From positions 184,439 to 248,438 of the forward strand of contig CAZTBF010000002.1 of the NCBI GenBank assembly GCA_964611875.1: a DNA stretch of 64,000 nt. Direction: 5' to 3'. Shown here piece after piece: positions 15,010-23,648 of this stretch (position 1 is its first letter; each line of letters begins with the position of its first letter). Under the pieces are notes generated by a model. The model worked only from the letters and a program-made list of their open reading frames with translations, was not told where the DNA came from and searched no databases. The position numbers were made by a program, and so were the translations under genes. The DNA is from an uncultured Gammaproteobacteria bacterium. GTDB taxonomy: Bacteria; Patescibacteriota; Patescibacteriia; UBA2169.

Positions 15010-15948
15010 TCACCTCCTCGTCTTCCCATGAAAAGCCTTATGTACATCTTTTAATTGTTTGTTGGTAACGTGCGTGTAAATTTGAGTAGTGGTAATAGAA
15101 GCATGTCCGAGCATGGATTGTACCGCGCGGATATCGGCACCATTGTTTAATAGATCCGTTGCAAAGGAATGTCGTAGGGTGTGCGGGCTAATCTCTTTGG
15201 TAATACCTGCAACAACCGCGTACTTTGCAACCACACGTTGCACCGTGCGGGGAGTAATGCGGATATCTTTTTGTTCTTTGCGAGTATCCGACGAGCCAGC
15301 TTTATCGTGTGGAATAAACAATGCTGGTTCGGGGTCGCGTCTAAAATCGAGATATTGTTTTACCGCATCTTTAGCTGTAGAAGAAACAAACACCACACGC
15401 AACTTGCCACCTTTTCCGCGAATGGTAAATTCATCACGTTTAAAATTAATATGATCGCGATTCAGCTTTACCAATTCACCCACACGCAGGCCCGTAGAGA
15501 ATAATAGTTCGAGCAAAGCTTTGTCACGCAGCCGAACAATTTTTGTGCCCGGTGCGGTATCCGGAGCCTCGAGTAAGCGTTCTACATCATCCGCATCTAA
15601 AAAATCTACTTCACGCATTTCTTGCTTAGCAAGTTCTATTTTTTCTGGAGCAAGAGACGTAACATCTTGGCGAGCAAGATACTTTAAAAAGCTACGCAAA
15701 GCAATGAGGTGATAATTTTGTGTTTTGGTAGAAAGTTGCTGACCAGTATCTGGATCCTCGTATCTATTTAACCATAAACGATATTTGCGAATCATAGCTC
15801 CATCTATTGCTTGAGGGAGAGGGTTTTTTGCCCATTGCCCAAAACGGCGTAAATAAAAATCATAGTTACGCAGGGTTGCTTCGCTTCGTCCTTTTTCTAT
15901 TTCGAGGTATTCAAGGAAGTCGGTTATATGGGTGTTTATTTTTGGCAT
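15010..15948 (-). CDS. Tyrosine recombinase (XerC/XerD-like integrase)
   Basis: RHSFATDLL and LGHASITTTQIYTHV catalytic region, plus an N-terminal SAM-like domain. The ATG at 15948 is preferred because the ORF-track start at 16005 lies inside a repeat. Confidence 0.85.
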   Translation of the reverse strand: MPKINTHITDFLEYLEIEKGRSEATLRNYDFYLRRFGQWAKNPLPQAIDGAMIRKYRLWLNRYEDPDTGQQLSTKTQNYHLIALRSFLKYLARQDVTSLAPEKIELAKQEMREVDFLDADDVERLLEAPDTAPGTKIVRLRDKALLELLFSTGLRVGELVKLNRDHINFKRDEFTIRGKGGKLRVVFVSSTAKDAVKQYLDFRRDPEPALFIPHDKAGSSDTRKEQKDIRITPRTVQRVVAKYAVVAGITKEISPHTLRHSFATDLLNNGADIRAVQSMLGHASITTTQIYTHVTNKQLKDVHKAFHGKTRR

Positions 15949-15999
15949 GTTTTTGGTGGAGAGGGGGAGTTGGGGAATTGGAGAGTGCCTGAACCTGAA

Positions 16000-16120
16000 C
16001 GTCATCTCGACCGTAGTGAATCGTTGTACTCAACGATGAACGGAGTGGAGAGATCCCTTTCATACAAATAGCACGTTCAAGGGATTCCTCGACTCGGGAG
16101 TACCCTCGCTCGGAATGACG
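16000..16120. repeat. MITE/REP-like element with CGTCATCTCGACCG / CGCTCGGAATGACG imperfect inverted termini
   Basis: About 75-80 percent identical by eye to 46165-46296 and has internal hairpins. Its minus strand contains GGGTACTCCCGAG. Confidence 0.7.
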
Positions 16121-16136
16121 GGATGAGTATCTCTAC

Positions 16137-16167
16137 GTTCAGGATGACGAGAGAGAGTTCTCTCTCC
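16137..16167. repeat. GTTCAGGATGACG word plus GAGAGAG-TTC-TCTCTC hairpin
   Basis: The same 13-mer occurs at 1-13 and 63846-63858. Confidence 0.4.
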
Positions 16168-16233
16168 CAGATTCCTAGATTCCAGGATTCCATAACTCCT
16201 GCATACCATACATTTTACGACACTTACCCGCTA

Positions 16234-16262
16234 TTGACAAATCAACCTATTTTACGTAATAT
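16234..16262 (+). promoter_or_regulatory. Sigma70-like promoter of rpsO (TTGACA-17-TAATAT)
   Basis: Consensus -35 with exact 17-nt spacer. Confidence 0.6.
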
Positions 16263-16274
16263 CTAGTCACATTA

Positions 16275-16318
16275 CGATTGCTTGGGTATCGACTGATCGC
16301 CGATACACTCGGCAATCG
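16275..16318 (+). promoter_or_regulatory. rpsO 5' leader hairpin (candidate S15 autoregulatory site)
   Basis: CGATTGC/GCAATCG outer stem and GTATCG/CGATAC inner stem, about 25 nt upstream of the ATG. Confidence 0.35.
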
Positions 16319-16342
16319 CTTATCATTATATACATAACTATT

Positions 16343-16717
16343 ATGTTGGATCGCAAGAAAAAAGATCGCATTATTGCGAAATACAAGACCCATGATAAAG
16401 ACACAGGGTCACCAGAAGTGCAGATTGCTATTCTCTCAGCAGAAATTAAAGATCTCACTGATCACTTAAAAACCCATAAGAAAGATTTTTCTTCTCGCCG
16501 TGGGTTGATCAAAAAAGTGTCTCAACGCCGTAAGTTACTCCAATACTTACAACGCGAAGATAGTGATTCATATGAAGACATTATCAAAAAATTGAAAATC
16601 AAACGTCGTGCAGAGCACACCATTGCAAAAGAAGATCCAGTTATGGAAGCTCGTGAAGCAGCAGAAGCAGCAGGTGAAAATGATGATGAAGAAGATGCAG
16701 ACGAAGACATGGAATAA
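16343..16717 (+). CDS. rpsO: Ribosomal protein S15 with ~35-aa acidic C-terminal extension
   Basis: DTGSPEVQIAILSAEIKDLTDHLKTHKKDFSSRRGL..., then an EAAEAAGENDDEEDADEDME tail. Confidence 0.9.
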   Translation: MLDRKKKDRIIAKYKTHDKDTGSPEVQIAILSAEIKDLTDHLKTHKKDFSSRRGLIKKVSQRRKLLQYLQREDSDSYEDIIKKLKIKRRAEHTIAKEDPVMEAREAAEAAGENDDEEDADEDME

Positions 16718-16725
16718 TATCAACA

Positions 16726-16759
16726 CACCCCACACTCGCGAGAGTTGGGGTGTTTTGTT
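16726..16759 (+). terminator. Intrinsic terminator after rpsO
   Basis: CACCCCA..TGGGGTG stem plus TTTTGTT. Confidence 0.6.
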
Positions 16760-16770
16760 ATACTATATAT

Positions 16771-18837
16771 ATGTTTAAACCACGACACATACTCTTTCTT
16801 TTTGTAGGTATATTATGTATGCCTGTTTTTGCGCATGCACAAGAAGTACCTGCTGCACCTGTACAGTTTACCGCAACGCAAATAGAGCAAAGTGCACAAG
16901 TGCTCTTACAATGGAGTGCTCCAAGTGCAGGAGGAACTGGACGATATCGTATTTATCGATCAGACACCGAAACTATTTCTCCAACTGCAGATGTATTACT
17001 TGCACAACGTGCAAGTACACAATTTATTGATGTCAGTGTGCAACATGGATTAACCTATTATTATGCAATCGCCACTTTGGATGGAGAAGTTATTTCAGTA
17101 CTTACTCCAGTACAGGCAATTACCATTACCTCTCTGCGTGCAGAAGACACCAAACAGGGTGGGGAAGTCCTCATTACATGGGATGCAACGAGCGATCCTG
17201 TTGATGTGTATCGTTCGGATGATCCAGAAAAAATAGGAAGACGCATCGGTACCCGTATTACCACTTCACAGCTTTTGGACGATGATGCAGAAACAGGAAT
17301 TACACAATATTACCGGTTACGATTTCGAAGAAGTACGGGTACGAGTGACCCAACCGAAGCCGTAGCAGTCATCCCAACAGATACCATTCCGCCGCCACCA
17401 CCACGCAATGCACGTGCCCGTATTACAGATGATGGTGAAGTTCGGTTAAGTTGGAGTAGCCCAACTGGTGAATCAGAGGTAACGTATGCGGTATTTCGAT
17501 CAACCAGTAGTGGTAATGACGGCGAAGAGCGAACACAAACAGACAAACGGTCCTATACCGAAACAGGCCTGCGGGATAAAGAAATATATTATTACCGTGT
17601 ACAAGCACTAGATGCAGGTGGAAATCGTTCTCGCTTTACCGATTATATAAAAGTAACTGTTGTAAATGAAACGAATTTAGATAGTCGTGTTGCAGAGTTG
17701 CAAGCCGTTGCAACCGGACGCTCGGGTCAGATTACTCTTACGTGGAGAAATCCTTCACGTGATTCTTTTTCATATAATGAGGTATATAGAAGCACACAAC
17801 AAGGAGTGCGAGGAACGCTAATAAAATCAAAGTTACGAAGCACAACATTGTCTGATACAAAGCTAACGAATAATGTTCGATACTATTATACTATTGAATC
17901 ATATACGAGAGATGATATTTCTTTAGGAACGAGTATCCAAGTATCTGTCGTTCCCTTTGATGAAAAAGCAACACAAAAAAACACTCCAACTGGACCACCA
18001 TGGGTAACACGAGTACGCACACAAGACGAGGGAGATGGTTTACATATTACGTTGCGATGGAATAACCCTCCATTACATGAGTACCACTCAATTTCAATAT
18101 ATCGCAGTACCGCACTTGGTGATATTGGTGAACGCATTGTTTCAAACATACGTACCAGTACCTATACAGATAGTGCGGGAATTATTTCTGATACTGAGTA
18201 CTATTACATTATTCGAACCGTAGATAGTACCGGTGCCGAATCAAACAATACCCAACAGGTGCGTGGACTTGCAACCGTTGCGCTTGCAGGAGAGGGAGCA
18301 GATACGGATAGTGATGGTGACGGGTTATCAGATGCATATGAACGTGCGTTTGCGTTACATCCACGTATTCCAAATGACACCAGCATAGATGAAGATCAAG
18401 ATGGTTTAACTCTTGCACAAGAAGCACAATATGGAACCAACCCATGGAGTGATGATACCGATGAAGATGGGTATCCAGATGCAACAGAAATAGCAAATGG
18501 GTATGATCCTGATGGTGATGGACGTAAGCAACAAGTGCAACAAACACGAAACAACCTAGCGTCTGGTAATTATGCGTATAGCAAACAACGATTAGGTAGC
18601 TTGCAAGAAGAACAAACCCTTGCAAGTGAATTACGCGTGCAACTCGAGGATGTGTTTGGACGCAATCGTATTCCAAATCCTCGTTCACATTGGCCAACCC
18701 TCGTGAATGCATATATCTATGGAGGGTACACCGCAGATGAAATAGCCAACACCTTGCGATTTGGTCCTGGATTAGTACACCCAACACTTCCTGCTGAGGT
18801 ATGGCGAACCACCGCGGAATACCAACGAAAACGTTAG
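16771..18837 (+). CDS. Secreted protein with about five fibronectin type III-like repeats and thrombospondin type 3 (DxDxDG) repeats
   Basis: Signal peptide MFKPRHILFLFVGILCMPVFAHA. Repeated W..YR/YYY FN3-like units, then DTDSDGDGLSD, DEDQDGLT and DTDEDGYPD. Confidence 0.85.
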   Translation: MFKPRHILFLFVGILCMPVFAHAQEVPAAPVQFTATQIEQSAQVLLQWSAPSAGGTGRYRIYRSDTETISPTADVLLAQRASTQFIDVSVQHGLTYYYAIATLDGEVISVLTPVQAITITSLRAEDTKQGGEVLITWDATSDPVDVYRSDDPEKIGRRIGTRITTSQLLDDDAETGITQYYRLRFRRSTGTSDPTEAVAVIPTDTIPPPPPRNARARITDDGEVRLSWSSPTGESEVTYAVFRSTSSGNDGEERTQTDKRSYTETGLRDKEIYYYRVQALDAGGNRSRFTDYIKVTVVNETNLDSRVAELQAVATGRSGQITLTWRNPSRDSFSYNEVYRSTQQGVRGTLIKSKLRSTTLSDTKLTNNVRYYYTIESYTRDDISLGTSIQVSVVPFDEKATQKNTPTGPPWVTRVRTQDEGDGLHITLRWNNPPLHEYHSISIYRSTALGDIGERIVSNIRTSTYTDSAGIISDTEYYYIIRTVDSTGAESNNTQQVRGLATVALAGEGADTDSDGDGLSDAYERAFALHPRIPNDTSIDEDQDGLTLAQEAQYGTNPWSDDTDEDGYPDATEIANGYDPDGDGRKQQVQQTRNNLASGNYAYSKQRLGSLQEEQTLASELRVQLEDVFGRNRIPNPRSHWPTLVNAYIYGGYTADEIANTLRFGPGLVHPTLPAEVWRTTAEYQRKR

Positions 18838-18843
18838 ATTTCG

Positions 18844-18872
18844 TTGACAATATACCTATATTTCTTTATAGT
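18844..18872 (+). promoter_or_regulatory. Sigma70-like promoter (TTGACA-17-TATAGT) of the NYN gene
   Basis: Consensus boxes. The ATG is 17 nt after the -10 and there is no SD. Confidence 0.6.
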
Positions 18873-18889
18873 AAGCAATCAGTTCTTCT

Positions 18890-19387
18890 ATGATACAACA
18901 CAAAGCGCAACGAGTAGGCGTATTCGTCGATGTACAGAATATGTATTACTCAGCTAAAAATTTATTTGATGCAAAAGTAAACTTTAAAAAGATACTTGAT
19001 GAAGCAGTAGGCACACGACAATTAGTACGTGCCATTACCTATGTAGTAAAAGGACCACAGTCCGAAGATGATAACTTTTTTCTTGCCCTTGAAAAAATGG
19101 GGTACGAAGTAAAGGTAAAAGAACTACAAGTATTTTTAGGCGGAGCAAAAAAAGGAGATTGGGACGTTGGCGTGTGTATGGATGCCATTCGTATGGCAGA
19201 AAAGTTGGATGTAGTTGTATTGGTTTCTGGTGACGGGGATTTTGTACCGCTCATCAATTATCTAAAATACAGTAATGGATGTGTGGTAGAAGTTATGGCA
19301 TTTGCAAAAACAGCATCAAGTAAATTACAAGAAGAAGCTGACGCTTTTACCGATTTAGGTGAACAAAAAAAGTTTTTAATAAAATAG
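18890..19387 (+). CDS. NYN/LabA-like domain protein (putative RNase)
   Basis: VGVFVDVQNMYYS and VVLVSGDGDFVPL motifs. Confidence 0.85.
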   Translation: MIQHKAQRVGVFVDVQNMYYSAKNLFDAKVNFKKILDEAVGTRQLVRAITYVVKGPQSEDDNFFLALEKMGYEVKVKELQVFLGGAKKGDWDVGVCMDAIRMAEKLDVVVLVSGDGDFVPLINYLKYSNGCVVEVMAFAKTASSKLQEEADAFTDLGEQKKFLIK

Positions 19388-19389
19388 AT

Positions 19390-19532
19390 GACTACGGATT
19401 ACAGATTTTTTACAGATATACAAAAGTAGGGGACAGGCATGCCGGTATCCTACAGCATAGCCATCATCCTAAAGAATGTTTAGCATGACGAGACGCATCT
19501 GTATATCAGTACTCGATCTGTAATCCGTAGTC
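19390..19532. repeat. 143-bp member of the GACTACGGATTACAGAT palindromic element family
   Basis: Termini at 19390-19406 and 19515-19532 are inverted repeats identical to the 344-421 termini, with a longer unique core. Confidence 0.8.
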
Positions 19533-19647
19533 TTTAATAAGTAAGCAATACTCAACGATTCGAATGACATCCTAATGACACGAATACACGTTATTCGCAT
19601 TATTCGGATGTTTCTCGTCGTTTGGGATTGCACAAAGGAGTTTTTAT

Positions 19648-21861
19648 ATGTCCGAACAACAAACGTTCGAGGTTTCAGTAGGCAAAGATACCTATTCTTT
19701 TACTACTGGACAACTTGCATTGCAAACCAATGCAAGCGTATTAGCACGTATCGGTGGAACCGAAGTGCTTGCAACAGTGGTTATGTCACCCTCCCCTCGT
19801 GAAGATGTGGGGTATTTCCCACTTATGGTGGACTTTGAAGAAAAGTTATACGCCGCAGGAAAAATTAAAGGATCTCGTTTTGTAAAACACGAAGGACGTC
19901 CGACCGATGCAGCTGTGCTCTCTGGTCGGTTAATTGACCGTGCGTTGCGTCCATTGTTTCCAGATTGGTTACAAAATGATGTGCAGGTCGTACTGACTGT
20001 CCTTTCTTTTGATAAAGAACATGATCCAGACATTGTTGGTTTAAATGCAGCAGCAGCAGCATTAACTATTTCAGATGTACCATGGCAAGGACCGATTGCT
20101 GGTTTGCGTGTGGCATATCATGATGGTGAATGGATTCCAACACCAACGTATGCACAACTTGCAACATCACAAATAAATATTGTGGTTGCTGGTGCAGAGG
20201 ATCGTACGCTTATGCTTGAGGCAGATGCTCACGAAGCAAAAGAAGACCTTGCATACGAAGGTATTGTGTATGCGCAAAAGCAATTTGCACCAATGATTGC
20301 ATTGTTTGAAGAAATGCGTGAAAAAATGGGTAAAGAAAAGTACACTCAACCAACAGAAGAACCAAGTGATGACGAAGAAGCAGATACGTCAAACATTGAT
20401 CCTCAAAAAGAAGCAGAAACATATGTTGCAGAACATATTGATGCTGTTATGTTTACCGGTCCAAAAGAAACCAAGTCTTCTCGTAAAGCTGCGGTAAAAC
20501 AGATGATGCATGATTTGGATGAGCACTTAAAGGAAAAGCAAGTTGGTAAAGATAAACGTAAAAAAGCAATGGGCTTTGCTGAAAAGGCAATTGAACATGC
20601 TATTACAGAAGCAATTATTAAGAATGAAAAACGTGTAGATGGACGTGCGATTGATGAAATCCGTCCGCTCAGTTTAAGTACCGGTATTCTTGCACGTACG
20701 CATGGTTCTGGATTGTTTACTCGTGGGGAAACACAAGTACTCTCAGTAACGACTCTTGATTCACCTGGTGCAGAGCAAATTCTTGATACCTTAGAAGAAG
20801 ATGATACGAAAAAGCGCTATATCCACCACTACAACTTCCCACCATTTTCTGTTGGTGAAGCTCGGCCATTACGTGGACCAGGAAGACGTGACATTGGTCA
20901 TGGTGCATTAGCAGAAAAAGCATTAGTACCGGTGTTACCTTCGAAAGAAGATTTTCCATACACTATTCGTGTGGTATCTGAAACATTGGGATCAAATGGT
21001 TCTTCATCTATGGCTTCTGTGTGTGGTTCAACACTCGCGTTACTTGATGCTGGTGTGCCACTAAGCAAGAGTGTTGCTGGTGTTGCTATGGGGCTTGCCT
21101 CAAACGACAAGGGAGACTATAAGATTTTAACCGATTTGCAAGATCTTGAAGATGGTAAAGGTGGTATGGACTTTAAGGTTGCCGGAACTCGTGACGGAAT
21201 TACCGCAATTCAACTTGATACCAAGACCCTTGGTCTTTCAAATAAGATTGTAGAAGAAACATTAACTCGTGCACGTGACGGACGTTTCGAATTGCTCGAT
21301 GCAATTGAAAAGGTGATTAGCACACCAAATGAACTTTCAGAATTTGCACCACGCATTACCTCATTACAAATTGATCCAGAAAAGATTCGTGTGGTGATTG
21401 GTACTGGTGGTAAAACCATTAACGAAATTATTGAAGCAACCGGAGTTGAAATTGATATTGATGATAGTGGACTCGTTATGATCACCGCAGAAAATCCAGA
21501 AGCATCCGACAAAGCTCGTGAATGGATTGAACGACTCACGACCGATGTTGAAGCAGGACAAAAGTATCATGGTAAGGTTGTCCGTATTATGGACTTTGGT
21601 GCGTTCGTAGAAATTCTTCCAGGCAAGGATGGCTTGGTACATATTTCAAACCTTGCACAAGGTCATGTAAACAATGTTGAAGATGTGGTGAAGGTTGGTG
21701 ATGCACTTGATGTAGAAGTGATTGAAGTTGATGACATGGATCGTATCAACTTAAAAGTACAAGGCGTAGAAAAAAAAGAACGTGAAGATCGCGGACCACG
21801 CAAACCACATGGACAACGTCCACCACGTGGCGGCAGTGATAGAGGAGGACGTCGATCATAA
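19648..21861 (+). CDS. pnp: Polyribonucleotide nucleotidyltransferase (PNPase)
   Basis: Two RNase PH domains plus KH and S1 (GKVVRIMDFGAFVEI). AAAGGAG SD. Acidic internal insert and RGG-like basic tail. Confidence 0.95.
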   Translation: MSEQQTFEVSVGKDTYSFTTGQLALQTNASVLARIGGTEVLATVVMSPSPREDVGYFPLMVDFEEKLYAAGKIKGSRFVKHEGRPTDAAVLSGRLIDRALRPLFPDWLQNDVQVVLTVLSFDKEHDPDIVGLNAAAAALTISDVPWQGPIAGLRVAYHDGEWIPTPTYAQLATSQINIVVAGAEDRTLMLEADAHEAKEDLAYEGIVYAQKQFAPMIALFEEMREKMGKEKYTQPTEEPSDDEEADTSNIDPQKEAETYVAEHIDAVMFTGPKETKSSRKAAVKQMMHDLDEHLKEKQVGKDKRKKAMGFAEKAIEHAITEAIIKNEKRVDGRAIDEIRPLSLSTGILARTHGSGLFTRGETQVLSVTTLDSPGAEQILDTLEEDDTKKRYIHHYNFPPFSVGEARPLRGPGRRDIGHGALAEKALVPVLPSKEDFPYTIRVVSETLGSNGSSSMASVCGSTLALLDAGVPLSKSVAGVAMGLASNDKGDYKILTDLQDLEDGKGGMDFKVAGTRDGITAIQLDTKTLGLSNKIVEETLTRARDGRFELLDAIEKVISTPNELSEFAPRITSLQIDPEKIRVVIGTGGKTINEIIEATGVEIDIDDSGLVMITAENPEASDKAREWIERLTTDVEAGQKYHGKVVRIMDFGAFVEILPGKDGLVHISNLAQGHVNNVEDVVKVGDALDVEVIEVDDMDRINLKVQGVEKKEREDRGPRKPHGQRPPRGGSDRGGRRS

Positions 21862-21879
21862 TTTCTGATGACGCAATTG

Positions 21880-21910
21880 CCCCGCCTCTTTCGAGAGGCG
21901 GGGTTTTGTT
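21880..21910 (+). terminator. Intrinsic terminator after pnp
   Basis: CCCCGCCTC-TTTCGA-GAGGCGGGG plus TTTTGTT. Confidence 0.8.
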
Positions 21911-21944
21911 TACACATGAAAATTGCGCATGGTACAATACGAGT

Positions 21945-23558
21945 ATGTTACGAAACAAGCCGAACAAATCAGTTGATCAATTGTTTTTAGGAGTAGGAGT
22001 AAACAAAAGTGTGATGTTAAGTCGTACACGACATCACTTTTTTATCGTGCCGTATGTGTTTGTTGCATGTGTTGTTCTTATGCTCTGTGCTTTGGTGTAT
22101 TGGTATCTTACCCAACCACGTGCGGTACTCGTTTCACACTTGCCACACACCACGCAGTGGTATGTTTCTGTTCCGCTTCCCAAGCAAGAAACGTTTATGC
22201 AACGCATGTTGTTTTGGAAAGAACCAACCACACGTGATATCACGGTGCGTGCTCTTGCCTCGCAACTTTCTTTTATGCAGATTGCTGGTCGTACTCTGCA
22301 AGAGTCAGTACTTCCATACAGTTCTGGACGCTACGAAATGGCACAACTGAATGATACGGATGTGGTATTTGCAACGACCATGCCACACTATACTGAATGG
22401 ATTGCGTCACTTGATATCCCAAAAGGAACAGAGGAAGGAACACTGCCTGAGGTATCAGGGTGGATAACCCTGCATACCCCTACACACGCATGGGTATGGA
22501 AAAAGGTAGGAGATCATGTGTATATAGCCAATAGCCCAGAAGCACTTGCATCAATAACTCAAAAGAGAAGCACCACCCTTGAAACGGTGTTGGACGCACC
22601 AAAACATACACAAGCAACACTGTATATTGCCTCAAAGAACGTATTACAGGATTCAGGCAATGCAATTGCGCAGTTATTTGGATCGAATACGACTTATCCG
22701 ATCAGTATTTTTGCAGTACACAAAGGAAAAAATGAAATTCGTTTGCTTACACATACCGGTCTTGAAGTGCCACAAACATATAGTGGTACCAGACCAGTAT
22801 TGCAAACATTAGTACATCTATCGGACGCCACATATGGTTTGTATAGCAAACAGGCTGGTAAAAGTTATGCTCGTTGGCAGACATATCTCAGTTCCGCAGA
22901 TTTAAACAGAAACCTTCGTATACAATCGTTATCAGAACAGTTGCATGGGCTGTATGCTTTCTCTATACGAGAGCCGATATTTGAGCTTCCGTCCGCAGTA
23001 TTTATGTATGCAGATGCTGCAAAAGATCGTACCGAATATCAGTGGGTATACTTGATAGATGATGTATCGAATAATGTTGCTACAAGTAGTATAGAGACTT
23101 TTGAGACTATTGGTTCCACACTTTTTGCACAGAGATATCCAGAGCAGCAACGTGTGTTACTCCCTGATGGTACCACTATGATAGAGAACATTGCAGATAC
23201 CAGTAGTGTTGTATGGGAACAAGGCACTATAGAACTGGCAGGTACCACCATTGCAGTGTCTCAATTGTTTGATACAGAAGGGAATCTGTTCATGCTTGTT
23301 GGTCGTGTTTCTGGTTTAGGTACTTTTATGAGTAACACCATGGAGAGAATAGAACATATTGTCTCACAATTTCAGGAATACGTTTTATACGATAGCAGTG
23401 ATACCGTATGTGATACGTCTCATGAGTCACTTTTTGAGTTTCAGATGAGTGGAAAGGTGCTTGCATCTACTCTTGGCGACACTTCCGTCGTAGAAAATAT
23501 CTTTGTGTATGAATCTGTGACCGGTGAAACTGAAGCATGCGTTGCATTACAAAAATAA
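21945..23558 (+). CDS. Membrane-anchored hypothetical protein
   Basis: ATG at 21945 lies 6 nt after an extended -10 (TGGTACAAT). One N-terminal TM helix, with no motif recognised otherwise. Confidence 0.7.
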   Translation: MLRNKPNKSVDQLFLGVGVNKSVMLSRTRHHFFIVPYVFVACVVLMLCALVYWYLTQPRAVLVSHLPHTTQWYVSVPLPKQETFMQRMLFWKEPTTRDITVRALASQLSFMQIAGRTLQESVLPYSSGRYEMAQLNDTDVVFATTMPHYTEWIASLDIPKGTEEGTLPEVSGWITLHTPTHAWVWKKVGDHVYIANSPEALASITQKRSTTLETVLDAPKHTQATLYIASKNVLQDSGNAIAQLFGSNTTYPISIFAVHKGKNEIRLLTHTGLEVPQTYSGTRPVLQTLVHLSDATYGLYSKQAGKSYARWQTYLSSADLNRNLRIQSLSEQLHGLYAFSIREPIFELPSAVFMYADAAKDRTEYQWVYLIDDVSNNVATSSIETFETIGSTLFAQRYPEQQRVLLPDGTTMIENIADTSSVVWEQGTIELAGTTIAVSQLFDTEGNLFMLVGRVSGLGTFMSNTMERIEHIVSQFQEYVLYDSSDTVCDTSHESLFEFQMSGKVLASTLGDTSVVENIFVYESVTGETEACVALQK

Positions 23559-23613
23559 TGCATCAAAAAAAAATTTTCTAAGTAAAAAATAAAAAAGTCT
23601 AGTAAAATGCATC

Positions 23614-23642
23614 TTGACTTTTGCGTTTAGGTATGCTAAAAT
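23614..23642 (+). promoter_or_regulatory. Sigma70-like promoter (TTGACT-17-TAAAAT)
   Basis: Near-consensus boxes with exact 17-nt spacer in a 540-bp ORF-poor gap. Confidence 0.65.
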
Positions 23643-23648
23643 GGATAT

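Noticed and set aside
15949-16005. N-terminal 19-codon extension of the integrase ORF
   Set aside because: The ATG at 16003-16005 lies inside the CGTCATCTCGACCG repeat terminus. The MPKINTHITDFLEYLE start at 15948 matches the usual recombinase N-terminus.
18209-18850. 213-aa antisense ORF inside the FN3/TSP3 protein gene
   Set aside because: Its translation is His/Leu/Val-rich with no motifs, and the sense frame has clear repeat-domain structure and a signal peptide. The same reasoning applies to 32191-32769 (inside the MFS gene), 42558-43118 (inside the giant gene) and 24174-24626 (across the dksA-like gene and lspA).
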